A stretch of DNA of 49,996 bases, counting the filler, from Bipalium vagum (taxonomy: Eukaryota): NCBI GenBank assembly GCA_037834085.1. It is 2 parts of 2 records of this genome, joined end to end, with 100 filler letters (N's around TTAATTAATTAA, not from the genome) between each part and the next. Parts side by side here need not be neighbours in the genome. Positions count along the whole stretch, not along the records: positions 27,631 to 49,996 come from JBBMKC010222677.1; 1 more part is not named here. The stretch is one strand, 5' to 3'. Shown here one piece after another: positions 34,800 to 48,500 of this stretch (position 1 is its first letter; every line of letters begins with the position of its first letter). The notes beneath the pieces are model-generated. The model was not told the DNA's origin. It made no database searches and worked only from the letters and a program-made list of their open reading frames with translations. Position numbers and translations under genes: made by a program.

Positions 34800-35784
34800 A
34801 CAAGATATAACTAAAAATTATTCTGTGATATAATCTCCATTATTCTCAATGCATTTCAACCATTTTTCGGATAACTGGCAGATTTTTATTTGGGAAAAAG
34901 ATGAAGGTTATGAATCTATGTTTAATAATTGGAGATCGATTTTTGAATATCAACCGTTTCGAACAACGAATCAACTAGGTAATGTTGAAGACGTCTGAAT
35001 AAATTATAATTTTGATAGTGCTATGCCAGGTAAATATTAACTTGGCATTTCGACATTTAACTTTAAAATGATAAGACACACGAAACAAAAAATTATATTA
35101 ATTAAAATAACAATTTTAAAATAATAATTTTTCTGGTTCTTGAATTTTTTTTCCAGAATGAAAGAGGTCATGATGATAATCAAGCGAGAAGTCCAGTGAA
35201 TAGATTTTCGTATCCCGATTCGTGCAACTTGTGAACAATTTTTTTTAAGACGTGTGGTTTTGCATTGTCGTGCAGAATAATTGGTCTTTTTCTGTTGACA
35301 AATTCCAGGATTAAACTTAGAATCTTGTAATTCACTTCATCGATTTTTTGTACATATTTCTCCGAAGTAATAATTTCATTTTGTTTATTAAGCCTGCTCG
35401 TCATAACTAAATTCGATATAAATTCGGTTTAGAGAAGTTCCATAGAGCCTCGTCACGATCTAATCACTGACTAGATTGTTTCTTATTTTCGTAAATAAGA
35501 CATTTTTCGTTGCATGTTACGATACATTCAAGAAAGATTTCGATTTTGTTGCTTCCAATGAAACCTTCAGTTGATCGTTTTCGTATCTTGCTTAACATTA
35601 TTTCAAGAGGCTAAAAATAAATTAAAAAGTAATTTAAATAAAATTTGAGAACCCTACCATATTCAACGAAATATAAGCGTCGAATTTATATAATGATTAT
35701 TATTTATAAGTTAATATATTTAAACAAAATTACAACAATCGTGGAGCATTATTAAACAGCAATTTCTTTTGCACCAACCTGATA
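34800..35784 (-). mobile_element. mariner relic(s), with a cecropia-like TIR TATCAGGTTGGTGCAAAAGAAATTGC at ~35759-35784
   Basis: VNRKRPIILHDNAKPHV motif in ORF 35180-35404; a further C-terminal fragment at ~34810-35030. Confidence 0.78.
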
Positions 35785-35789
35785 ACTCG

Positions 35790-36690
35790 AATGACAAGAA
35801 TGCCCCAACGCAAAGAAGAAAGATAATGCACGGTGGTCTTTGACATATGTGGTCAAGCATTGTCATGCAAAAGAATAGCAAGTCTTTTCCAAGACTATGG
35901 TCTATTTTTCAAGCACTTCTTTCAAATGATTCAATTAGCTTATGTATCTTTTTGTTTCCTTAAATCGAGTGGGTGTCCTGGTTTGTTGTCCAGTATCAAC
36001 AGAATTTTGAAATCATGATTCTTCTTCCTCATATAGGCTTTTGCATCAGATATAAAGCATAAAACCAATCTTTAAAAACAATGGATGTGATCCAAACATT
36101 TGTATTTGGTCTCCAATAAACAGATAAAATTGTTTTGTCAAATTCTTTCAGTGCTCGAGGGCTTAAAGACCGATTAAAAAGCAAAAGTTTCATCATCAAA
36201 TCTCCAGAAGAATAAGAATATAAGAGTGCAGATACTCTTTCTTTCCCACCTTGAATTCATTTGCATGGTTTTCATTTTTTATATATAAGTTCGATGTGGG
36301 ATCTTTTTCCAACATAATTTAGTCTCAAGCGCATTGAATACCTGGTCTGGTGTGTAGCTATTATTTGTATAATTTCATTAAAATCTGACGGAATCTCTTC
36401 CGATTTTTTATATTATCAATGAGAAACTTTTTAAAATTTTCAAACCATCCTCTGCTAGCAGCAAAATCGCAAGGTGATTGTTCAAGTTTGTTTAAATTAT
36501 CATAAATGTCCAATGCTCTATTCTGAATAATGTTTTTATCTATAGGCGTTTCAATCTTCAAACTTCTTAGTACATTTAATTTTATCACTCTAAATTGATT
36601 ATTTATTATTATGCACAAATTTGAATTGACCATGACTCTAGAGCAAATTAAGATATGTATGATTTAAGAGTTCAAGCTGAACTATTTCTT
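35790..36690 (-). mobile_element. pogo/Tigger-like transposase relic (CENP-B-type HTH + DDE_1)
   Basis: IIQNRALDIY...FAASRGWFENFKK, YTPDQVFNA.ET.L.WKKIP.RTY, VWIT..VFKDWF and ILLILDN.PGHP. Confidence 0.85.
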
Positions 36691-36699
36691 AGGATAGGC

Positions 36700-37680
36700 A
36701 GCCCGTAACATCGTGCAGCATGGGGTGAGGACTATGTTAGAGAACGTAAGGTTCATCGTACATATTTACGTTTTTGATCCGGAGGTTTTAGAATTTAAGA
36801 TAGATCTCGTGAAGAACGTCCATCAGCTAGTAACAACAAAGTTCTAAAGAGCAGATTGAATCTGCTTCTTCCCAAACAGCATCTGAACTTGCAAAAATTC
36901 TCAATGCTCAATTTAAGACCATTGCAAATTATTTTCATCACATTGGCAAAAAAGTTGAAGCATGATAGATATATTCCACACAGATTGAGTGAGAAGAATA
37001 AATAAAAGCGTCTATCTATCTGCACTTCTTTGGTGGTACGCAACAACAATGACCCACTTTTTAACAGAATTATCACCAGTTATGAGAAGTGGATCACTTA
37101 TGACAATGAATTGATATGTATGAGTCTCCAGAAAAATTGACAAAATGACACATTCATTTCAAGAAGACTATAGTAACTGTCTACTGGTTTATGTCAGGTA
37201 TAATCTACTTTGAGTTTCTCAAACAAGGCAAAACCATTACAGTTGATGTATACGGCAAACTGCTTGATAAAATTAATGAAAAACTTAAAATTCAACACCA
37301 AGCATTGCTCAATAGTAGAATTCCAATTCTTCTCCATGATAATGCAAGACCTCACACGTTAAAATTAACTTTACATAAATTGAAAGACCTTGACAATAAA
37401 ACTCTTTTATATCTTTTTTATTCACTAGACATCCCCTACAGATTGTTATTTATTCAGGTCATTGTCAAACTTACATTGTAGGAAAGTCTTTTAACGCTTT
37501 TTTAATAGCTTCCACAACTTGGTTAATTCTAAAAATCAGGAATTGACAAGCTAGTGGACCATTGGATCACGATTATGAAAACAGACGATGACTATTTCAA
37601 TGAATAAATTTTGTTGTTTGACTTAATTATTTTTGTTCGATATGTCAAAAAACCGACATTACCTTTTACGCAACCTGATT
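36700..37680 (+). mobile_element. mariner relic with 3' TIR
   Basis: RIITSYEKWITYDN, GIIYFEFLKQGKTITVDVY and ILLHDNARPHT; ends CGACATTACCTTTTACGCAACCTGAT. Confidence 0.88.
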
Positions 37681-39564
37681 CATTGATTTTATAGACTGTT
37701 TCATAAACTGTGCATATTTTTCTTGGTTTTTCTCTGATTTTTATTCATGATAGCTTCATTAACATTACAAAATAAATCTTGACTAAACAATGTCAGTAAT
37801 TTACTTTTAAAAAGTGGTAAATTTTTAAGGTTCAAGTTCCGTAAATTATCTAACCAAAACGATATTTAATATAATAAAATGTCATACACTTCTAAATATC
37901 CAAGTTCTTAATAAAATCAGTCAACTGAATGGATATTTTGTAAATCGAGACACGGTTAGGAGAATATGAATGTCTGTCACGAAAATTAAGAGAAGATTAA
38001 AACCTCTTCACCCTTCATTATATTTATCTTAGGATTAAAATTAATAAATTTAACATTATCAAGGAGATTTGGTTATTGTCTCAATTTTATGAATATTGAT
38101 CCTATTTAAGGGAGAAATCCTTAAAAATAAACAAATACTTAATACGTTGCGAGAACCAAACTCTCAATGCCAATTTTTGTCTAATTTTTAATATGTTACG
38201 AAATTAAATATTATTTAATAATTATTAAAATTTTATTTAATTTCCAAAATCCCATTTAGTCCTTAAGAATTAGTAACCATGAGAATAAATAATTTTCCAC
38301 ACAGACGGGAAATCCTTAAGTATTTTTCACTCAAGTGACTTGAAATCTATTATGCAATATTATTTATATTATTATTATTGATTTTTACTAAATAAATAAT
38401 ATTCAAGGTAAATCTCAATTAAATTATAGTAAAACTAGTGTAGATTTATTGCTTCAATTCTGGCAAATTCTAATGACATTTTGTAGTTTTTAATCAATAT
38501 TTTGTGGGGTTTTTAATAAATTTTTCTTTCACTAAATACGATTTTTATCAAAAATTTAAGCATTTTATGTTTAATTTGCACTAACGTAAATGTGCTCGTA
38601 AAATAATATATAAATAAAATATAATAATTAAAGACATAATAATAGTGAAAAATTATTTTAAAAAATTGTGACGGAAACTTCCATACAGACCCCAATGTCA
38701 ATCCCCTTCTGTGAAGATATGAAAATAATTTTTTAAAAATGACTCTTATTCAATAATCCAAAGGAAAAATATCATAAATTATTTTCTGTAAAAATCAATC
38801 CAAAAATTTTATTATCAAATGGGTTATTAATTAAATGATTAATAATAAAATAAAGAAAAAAAAATAAAATAAACAATATTTTACTCAACAAAAAAAAAAC
38901 CACATTTACGTAATGTTCATGTATCTACGCGCGTGTGTGAGTGTGCATTATACCTGATTGTGAGTATGTCAATGTGTGCGTGTTCGTGTGTATGTCTGCA
39001 GGTGTGTACAAATGTGCCAATGGCCCATGGATCAAATCAAATGAAAATATTACATTAAACAAATACATTTTCCCATGGAATTGCGACACGCAATAAAAAA
39101 ATTTTTTGCAAAAAAATTTGCCAAAATTCAATTGAAATTCAATATAAAGTTTTATTGATCAGTAATGATAATGATTAGGCAGGTAATTTAGCATGAAATA
39201 GCGAAAATATTGCAGCAGTCAGTATATTAATGAAGTCGATCCAGCAAAGTTGGGAGTAACGAAAATTGACTTGTTATGATCGCTGACATCTTTCCTAATC
39301 ATCTGGTTGGTATTATTGTAGTCCGTCTGTTCATTAACATTTACCGTTGGCACTACCAAACCGAAAATGGAAATTGGGATTGGGAAGCATCACAGAATTC
39401 ATGTGCGATCGAAAAAGCGGTATTCATGGCAATAATGCATGTAATTTTTCTGCGAGCGATTTCATTGGTTGTTGGAGTTATAGTGGAAATTAAAGTTTCA
39501 TAATTTTTTTTATAAATTATAAACGTAAAATGTAATTATGTATTAATTGTTTTGAATTTGAAAA

Positions 39565-42500
39565 ATGCTTTTCTCTTGGAATATCTGGCTGTTCTTGTTG
39601 AACTTTGCAGTCTACTCCATCAGATTTCAAGTCGGTGGAAGTAATCAACGACTGAAACAATGTTATCCGAAATTCGACAATCACACCCTTTGTATGGGTT
39701 CGGGAATTTTGAATTCTGTTAACAGTTTTGCGGGCCTGTTGAGAAATTCTCGCAGCGGTTTCTCCATTTATCAATCGAACGTGTGGATTATTCTTTTGTA
39801 TACGAAATGTCACAGTGACCTGGAAAAGTTACTCTGTTCGATTTATGCCCCGATTTGTTTGAAAGGTCATCTTTTCACTCGGGTGCAACCTTGCCAAGAA
39901 TTGTGCTATTCTGTCAGAGAAAAGTGTCTTCCCCGCATGAAAATCTATGGGTTCGAATGGCCAGCCATTGTGGATTGCGCCAAATTTCCAACGGACAATG
40001 AAACGAATTGCATTCAATTAACAGACAATATTGGTAAATTATTATGATTATTATTATTATTAATATTTAATTCGTATTATTATTGGTATTACCATTATTA
40101 TTGATTTTGTACTACCACATATTAATCCCATCAATCATATGAATTATGAAAAATTGAATTTTTTCCATCAATCAATTGTAACTATAAATTATTAATTAAT
40201 TTTATCAGCTGGTTTTGTCGATCACCCACAATGACATTTTCGTCAAACCAAAACATTTCGGAACGATTGAGGCATGGTCGAGTTGCTTTGAATTTCCAAG
40301 TTTCATTGACAAGGGAAAATCGCTTCAAATCTGTTTTAAATGCACTAATATAATATAATTGATGATCCATGGAAAAGTTCAACATAAATCCACATTTAAT
40401 GAGCACATTTGATATCAAGACCATATGATAACTATTTATTATTTTATATATATAATGAATATAAATTTTATACGTTTAAAATGTGACAATTGCACATAAA
40501 AATTCAATTTCGATTTTTATATAAATTTAATTTCCATTGATACGGTTATATAAAAATTAATTAATTCCATTCAAGACGAAATCGTGTGGATTTTAATGTC
40601 ATTAAATCGGGATATTTTTATTCAGCTTTTATTTCATTATGTCCATTATATAATTCCTTTAATATCGTTATAAAGTTAATTATATTGACAATTAAAATCA
40701 TAATAATATTGGGGTTTATTTAATTCGGTTCCTTTTCATTCACGGACGTTTTTCGTTGGTGAGGACGACAATTATCTGTCTTCAGCAATTTTATTTTTTT
40801 TAAAGAATTTGTTTTAAACTTATCACAATTAAAACAAGACCGGTAATTTAAAAATATGGAGAAATCGATTTTTCAATTATAAATTATATGGATTTTAAAA
40901 TGTAATTTTTTTTATTATACTAACGAACTCATAGAATTGATGACCTTTCAATGATGTAACATTAAGCATATCTTTCATTAGGTTTTATTTGGACTGTTTA
41001 ATGTGGAACCAAAGGAAGGGGAGAAATTAAAAAATAAATAAATAAAAATATATAAATATTTGAAAAACGGAACTTTTACCACATTTATTCGTGATTTTAT
41101 TATTATCAATAACTTTTGACAATGTTATTATGTCGAAATCGGTCATTCTGAGTGTCCTGGGGATAAAATTATGGTAAAAATATTATTTTATCGATTTTAA
41201 AAATCTTAAAAATTATTTTTAAATAAAATACTTTTAATCAGTTGAACAGTTTTCTCAATCAATTAGAAACAGTTCAAAACACATAAAATAAAAAAAATAA
41301 AACCTTTTTCTTTAAAAATTTCATTAAAATTTTTTTTCTTTTACTTAATTTTCTTTCCTAATGCTTTCCCTTCAAACATTTTTCTTTTATGTCTTCAAGG
41401 TTTAATTTAATTCTGCTTCATACTCACATAAAATTTAAATTGGTTTTTAAAAAAAAATCAATATTTTCTAATTTTATGTTTTCAACACTCGGCGCATTTA
41501 AACAAAAAAGAATCATAATTATATTATTATTACTAAAACTACGTGATCCGATTTTTTGCAGCTATACTTAATAGTTATCTTAATTAAGACACGTCAAAAA
41601 TAAAGGTAAAATTATTTTCACACAAATAATTGTGCCATTCCTTTGATATAAAAACTATTAAAAGCTGATATATTTCACTGACCATTATTAAGAAAGCGTC
41701 TATGGACATGAAAAAACGAAAAAGAAATGCCGTCAGCTCCGATAAAGTTGGACAATTTAAGGACGAAATTTACTGACCAGAGAATCGATTAAGATAATTC
41801 TTTGAAGCGTTCGCTATCAATTTTTCGAAAGAAGATTCCCTTTTGCCATTTTTATTCAACTAAATGTACTGCGGTATGTAAATATGATATGAAGATAGAT
41901 TATTTGCCTTGTAGTTCCGAAAAACGAAGAATAATAATAATAAAAATAATAATGAAAAAAGTGTTTTAATCTGTTCAAAAAGAAACACAGTGATAAGAAA
42001 AAGAAGTCAAGCGTAAAAAAGATTAAAGCTCGTTTTTTCTAAAATTGACTCGTCGGTATGATAGTTGGAATTGGGAAATACGGTTTTTGCTTTTNNNNNN
42101 NNNNNNNNNNNNNNNNNNNNNNNNNNNNNNNNNNNNNNNNNNNNNNNNNNNNNNNNNNNNNNNNNNNNNNNNNNNNNNNNNNNNNNNNNNNNNNNNNNNN
42201 NNNNNNNNNNNNNNNNNNNNNNNNNNNNNNNNNNNNNNNNNNNNNNNNNNNNNNNNATAATAAAAAGTAATAAAAAATAATATTATAATAATAAAAAGTA
42301 ATATTATTATAAATAATATTAAAGCTTATGATAATCTAAATAATAACAATAAAAAAGTAATAATAATGATAATATTATAGAAATAATATTGTCCTAAAAG
42401 CGAAGAAATGATTTCTGCAAATCGGTTATTGACAACAGAAGCGACTCAATTGTTTTAATTCTTAATTTTGTTAATTAATGTGCCATTCACATAAAATATA

Positions 42501-45500
42501 TAATTAACATGGTCAATTATAATCTTATATTCACAAAAGAACATTGTGAATAGTCTAATCAATTTTTATTTTTAAAATATTTTGTTTTAATTGGAATTTT
42601 GTTATAATTTCTTCCATTGTCAAGATTTAAGTTTACAAGGTCAAGGTAAATGAAAAAAAATTATATTCGCACAAAAAATCTGGAAATAAACACCAAAATT
42701 ATTAATTACTAATTAATATTAATATTAGATAGCCAAAATGGTAATGGGATATTAAATCATTAAAAAGATATAATAAATAAAGGATAATATTTGTACACCT
42801 TTCACATGTTACCATTAGATATATAGAATGGCTGAGGACGATAAATGTCGGTAATGTCATTTTAAATCGTTTGAGAAAATGAAGACTTGGTGGCGATCCG
42901 GAAAATAAAAATATAAATAATTAATAAATAAATTTAGTCAAGATGCATTACTACTACCGCCACTACTTCTGACTGGTAACATTGAATCGTCTCTCCGATT
43001 CGTACAGATTGGGAAACATTTACTTTGAAACTCATTAAAATTGCTTGGTAAAACAAAATAATTCCGTAATTGGTTTTATTTTTTTCTCCATCGACCAAGC
43101 TGGGTAAGTATCAATTTTTTAATATAAAATTTAATTTACACAGAAATAATGGTCTTGAACTGGGTAATTAACCGACGATAATTTATTCTGTTGAAAAACA
43201 TTTCTCTTTTATTTCATTTCTCATCAAAAAAATTTTATGGCTTTCGACGCGATTTCGTCGTCTGATCCCGAAGAAAAAAGTGCCTCGTTCTGGGGGAAAT
43301 CTTCTATTTTTTTGGAAATGGCGTAAGAATAACATTTTGAAGAGTCCCAAAGTATAATTCTTTTTTCGAGAACCTTTTGGTAACTTGATGACCATTCAGG
43401 TGTGATTTAGAAGAGTTAGATAGGAACGATTAGGTTTCAAGTGAAAACCTCGAAGATCTACCCTTTAGAAATGAAGAATCTATATTTAAAAGTCGACGTC
43501 CTGCTTAGTTCTTTTACTTCTTGTTCAACAAAAGCAATCAGTGCATTGTTTAACATTTTTTGTTTTAATTTTCAGAATTTTTAATTAAATTCCATTTCTG
43601 GAAATTTCTAAGAGATAATTTATCATGAAATCTGATGGACGCTTTTTTCGAGAAAGATTTTCCAGTTAATCCATTCTGTTCATTATCTAATTAAGGAAAG
43701 GTTAAAAATATATTTAATGTGGTCATAATGAGTCTGCAATGGCAAAGACACCACCATTAAGTGGTTAGCACATATTTGTATTCTTATGTTCAGTAGTGAT
43801 AAATGGCTATTTTTGTATTCTTTGGATTATGTAGAATTGTGTTTCGAAGAATTTCGATGGGAAATGCACTGATTAATTACAATATAATGAAAATTAAAAA
43901 TATATGTGTGGACTAATCAAGGTTTCCTAAGTACTTTCTTTATTATGTGTACCAATTAGGTAAATAATACCATTATTATATTACATTTTGGTACTCCTAG
44001 TTAAGAAATCAAGAAGATCTATAATTAATTGGTAGAAATATAAAATTAATTAATTATAACTAATTTTCCAATGTTTTTTACACATTCTTACAACTTAACT
44101 ATTTAAAAAATTGATTTTTATAAAATGACTTCTTAAGTACTAATATATGTCATAACAATAATAATGATAATATAAATAATAATAATATAAATATAAATAA
44201 TAAAATTAATAATACATGGTTTTTTGAAATATTTAATCCTCTTTTTCAAAATACTTAATCCACCAATTAAAAGCAAATTCAAACGATTAAGTGGTGTTTT
44301 ATTTACAGTTAAAAATTCCTTCATAAAATACTCCCATTCGTCTAACACAATTAATCTTTGTACATCAATAACAAAAATCTATCATCTTAGTTCGATATTT
44401 ACTTGTGAATTTCTTGGGATGGATTAAATATTTCTGGAAAATGATAACTGTTATTTTATGAAATCTTTAAAATTTTTCAAACTCATCACACTTTTAATTA
44501 ATTTAGAGAAATATAATTTTTATGAAAATAAATGTGACAATTAAAATGACAAAAAGAAATGTGAAAAAAACCTCGCCATGGTAACTGCCAACCCCTTATT
44601 TCGGATTATTATATTCCCACAAATAAAAAATCAATAATGAGTTTTGAAAGCCGTGTGGAAACTTTAGTGAAAATGTCATTTAAATGGTGATTATTCAGTT
44701 TTCATTAAGGATTCGTGTTTCACAATCTGCCTCGGTTATTAAAGAACAGGTAGGTAATTCAGCTATTTGACAAAAATAGATAAAATGTCAAGTATTTTTA
44801 TTTTTGACGAAAATATGACATGTGACTTACAATAAGTCTTGTAGCAAAGGAAAAATGTCCTGAAAATTGTGAGTATTCCAATACCAGGGACTTTTCATTT
44901 TAATTTATCACGGAATGATTAGTTAGAAATCAGCGAAAACAGGAAGCAAGTTAACTTATGCAAGGAGTAAAGCAGAATCAGAGATAACTGTTCGCTGTAT
45001 GAATGGAAGCATATGGATGTCTCAGTGTGTAACCAGATTCCCGACGGAGTCTGCTGGACAAATGTTACAAAAATTGGGGTGTTTCCATGCTTAATATTTA
45101 AAATGGCGCTTACAATTATTATTTTGATTATTTATTAATTTTTCAGGGTTATCCGAAATATTTAATCCTCTTTTTCAAAATACTTAACCCACAAATTAAA
45201 ACAAATGATTAAATGGTTTTTTAAGATTTAAAATTCCCCCATAAAATAATCTCATTTCGTATAAAAAAGTTAATCTTTGCACATCCACAATTTTTCTATA
45301 ATATTCAAGTCTTCGATCGATATTTAATTATGAATTTCTTTGTGAAGGATTAAATAATTTGAAAAAGAGGATTAAATATTTTGGAAACCCTGTAATATAA
45401 ATTGTTTGAGTTTTGCATAATTCTTTTAATTAATAAAATAAATTAAATTACTCTGATTTTTTAAAATTAACCTTCGGCGCTACTCAATGGACAAGCCATT

Positions 45501-48500
45501 CCAAACTTCCTAGTAAAATGGAAATAAAGGACATATCCCGCCTTCCCATCACCATTATCATTGGTTTTCTGAATGATATTTTCTGATTTTATTTTACAGT
45601 CACAATTCAATATTTTGCTCACCTGACAAAAAAAAACCAGTCCGTCTTAAATCGTAACAGGAAAATATTATTTATTAATTCAAATTCGAAAAATAATAAT
45701 AAAAGAAGAAGTTATAGATTACAGTCGAGATTAAGCCAGGGAAAACATTTGGTCGGCAAATGATGCGTGTGAATTCTCAAATTTAGGTTATTTGACCTGT
45801 GCTGTGCAGATGTACAGTCACAGAGGTCGCAGCGGCTTCTCTTTGAAAAAAAGTTGAAGATAACGAGTTCCCAAACATTTCCACCAGTTTTCCGTTGTTT
45901 GATGAGAAAAATATTACTTTATTTTCAATTGAACATTCATCCCAAAATATTTTTCGAGAAAAAAGAAAAACATATCAACAGTTCAAATTTGACATTGTTT
46001 ACACAAAAATAATAATAATAATAATAATAAAATAAAAATAAAGAATAATAATAATGGTAATAATAATATTATTATTGTATGTCCTGTTTTTCAATATTTA
46101 AACTCCTTTCCAGAAAATAGATCATCATACAGCAAGGTTAAGCGACAACGTGAAGATCGTTCTTTGAATCAAACTATTCTTTCCGATGAAGAAGAAAGAC
46201 GAAAAAAAAGTAATTTTTTACTTTCTTGTTTACAATGTACTTTTATTGTGTATGGAGAATGGTAAAACCCGAATTCTTTTCCCCCTTTATTTATTACGAC
46301 ATTTTCATTCAATTACTCAATGAAAAACTCATAAAATAACCATGGGCATATTGTGGTGCGGCGATAACACCCCTCACAGGAATCTGTTTCAACGGATTTG
46401 TCATTTGAGAACTGATGAGTCGCGTTGACAAGCCATGATGTCATTTCTGGTATTAATGGTCGCTACTTTCAATGGGTCACGAATAATAGGATGAAATTAC
46501 CCATTCTGTCACATTCACTTATGATGTAATGGCAAAAGGAAGCTGTAATTTTTCAATTGACAGCTTAGAAAAAAAAAGAAATGAGCTCTTCAAATTTGAA
46601 AGAATTTCAAAAATAATAATAATAATAATAATATTTTCTTCAATTATTTATTATGTTGTGCCTGAAATTAACCGAAAAATTACCGAACGTGAAGTTGAGG
46701 GAATTCAGTTCGCATTATTTTGTTTTGTGTGGAATTTGACATTTAATAGGGGAAAATAATTGATTGATTTCTTTCTCTTCCATTGGAAATGGTAAAGGTG
46801 GTAAAAATAAGTCGTTGAAATATTGTCTATATACGAAATAAATTGGAAATAAAGGAGATTGGCCAGGAAAAAGTTGCTGGGCTGAACACAAACCAAATCC
46901 ATCTTTTAAACCAGTATGAAAATGGCAATCATTTTTATCAATTCTTTGATGATGGTCGGATTTCTTTCTTGTTAGAGGTCAAAGTGCCGATGGTGATTTC
47001 TACGCAAAACTTATAAATCCTGCCTTTGTGGGACATATTACGAATATTATTAATCATCAGATTAAGTTAACTAGACGGAGAAAATGAAAATATAATTATA
47101 TTTTTATATAATTCTAATATTCCACCGAAGCAGAAACATTGTCACTGTTATGTTGAGAATGAGTTTCTTGTATATTACGTAAAATAAGCTTACATCAGGT
47201 ACCAATTCTGTGGGTTAGTTTTGCTGAAAGTATTCGTGAAGTAAGCTCGGTGGATTATGTAACAGGTTTTAGTGGACCCAGTGTAAGTGTCATAAAACGG
47301 TAATTCTGAAAACAACAGCTGTCTTGAATTACCATATGAAAATGAAGATTGAAAATAATAAATCCGGATCGGAAAATATCATGTAAAAATTGTATTGATT
47401 AATTTCCTTTTTGTACATCAAGTTTATATAAAAAATCACATGTGAAAAGTTTTGGAAATTAACGAACTTCTTTTATGATATTAATAATGTTATGGTTTTA
47501 TTTGTAAATTAAGTTAATTTTTTATATTTTGTTTACATTAAAACAAAAAATGCTCTAGTTATTATTTGAATTTTTTTTGTTTTAATATTACAGTAACACT
47601 GCTCGTTCTCATTTACTTAAAGTAAATAAATGAAAATTATTTTATTTTTATTACATGGAACAAACAACCCTTGGAATTTTTACGACAGAGCTGAAATTTA
47701 ATGTTCTGTTGTAGTATTATTGATATCGGTTTATCAATTATTGATTTCTACTTATGGTAATTGAAATTTTTTTAGCATCATTTTAAGTGGACTATATCTT
47801 GTCACGTGTCAATGTTTAAAATTAGATCTGATCTATCAAATTTTCTATTCATAGTGATTTTTGTTTGGCGTTATTTTAAAAAATGGAAAATTTATGCATC
47901 GTACAGTAATTGAATATTTGTGTGAAAAGGTTTAACCGTTAAACAACTTTTCGGTGATATAGTCGACGTCCCAGGAAAACTGTATATTAGTATGCCACTA
48001 TGAAAATTGGTTAGCTGAATCCAAAAAAAAAGGTTTCACAACATTGCAGAAGAACAACACATTGGTCGTCCAAAAACATATGACTGAAGAAAATATCAAA
48101 TTATATTTACGATATGGTAAGAGACGGAAAAATTGATCTTGTGCGAAATATTACTGGGCATTTCATATTTTGACAGAGGATTTAGATTTGAGAAAGCTAT
48201 GTGCCACATGAATAACTCATTTTTTATCTGAAGATTAAAAATTCAATCAAATAAAACTTTTCCAACAATCTTTAGACAGTTTTCATCTTTAACATATCTG
48301 TACTCTTATAATCCTGAATCCAAGGAGCAGGACAGAGTGAACTAGAGCTAGAAGATAAGCTCCAAAACAATCGAAAACCTCAGATTAGTCACAAAGGGTC
48401 TCAGTTTTTTTTGGGTTGTGAAAAGAATTTTATTAATTGATTACCTTCAAAACGGTAACACAATTAGTGAAGCATATTATTCAACAATTTTATTTAAACT

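Noticed and set aside
43154-43173. Minus-strand GGTTAATTACCCAGTTCAAG resembling a nematode spliced leader
   Set aside because: Not followed by a GT donor or a convincing Sm site/hairpins; single copy; likely chance.
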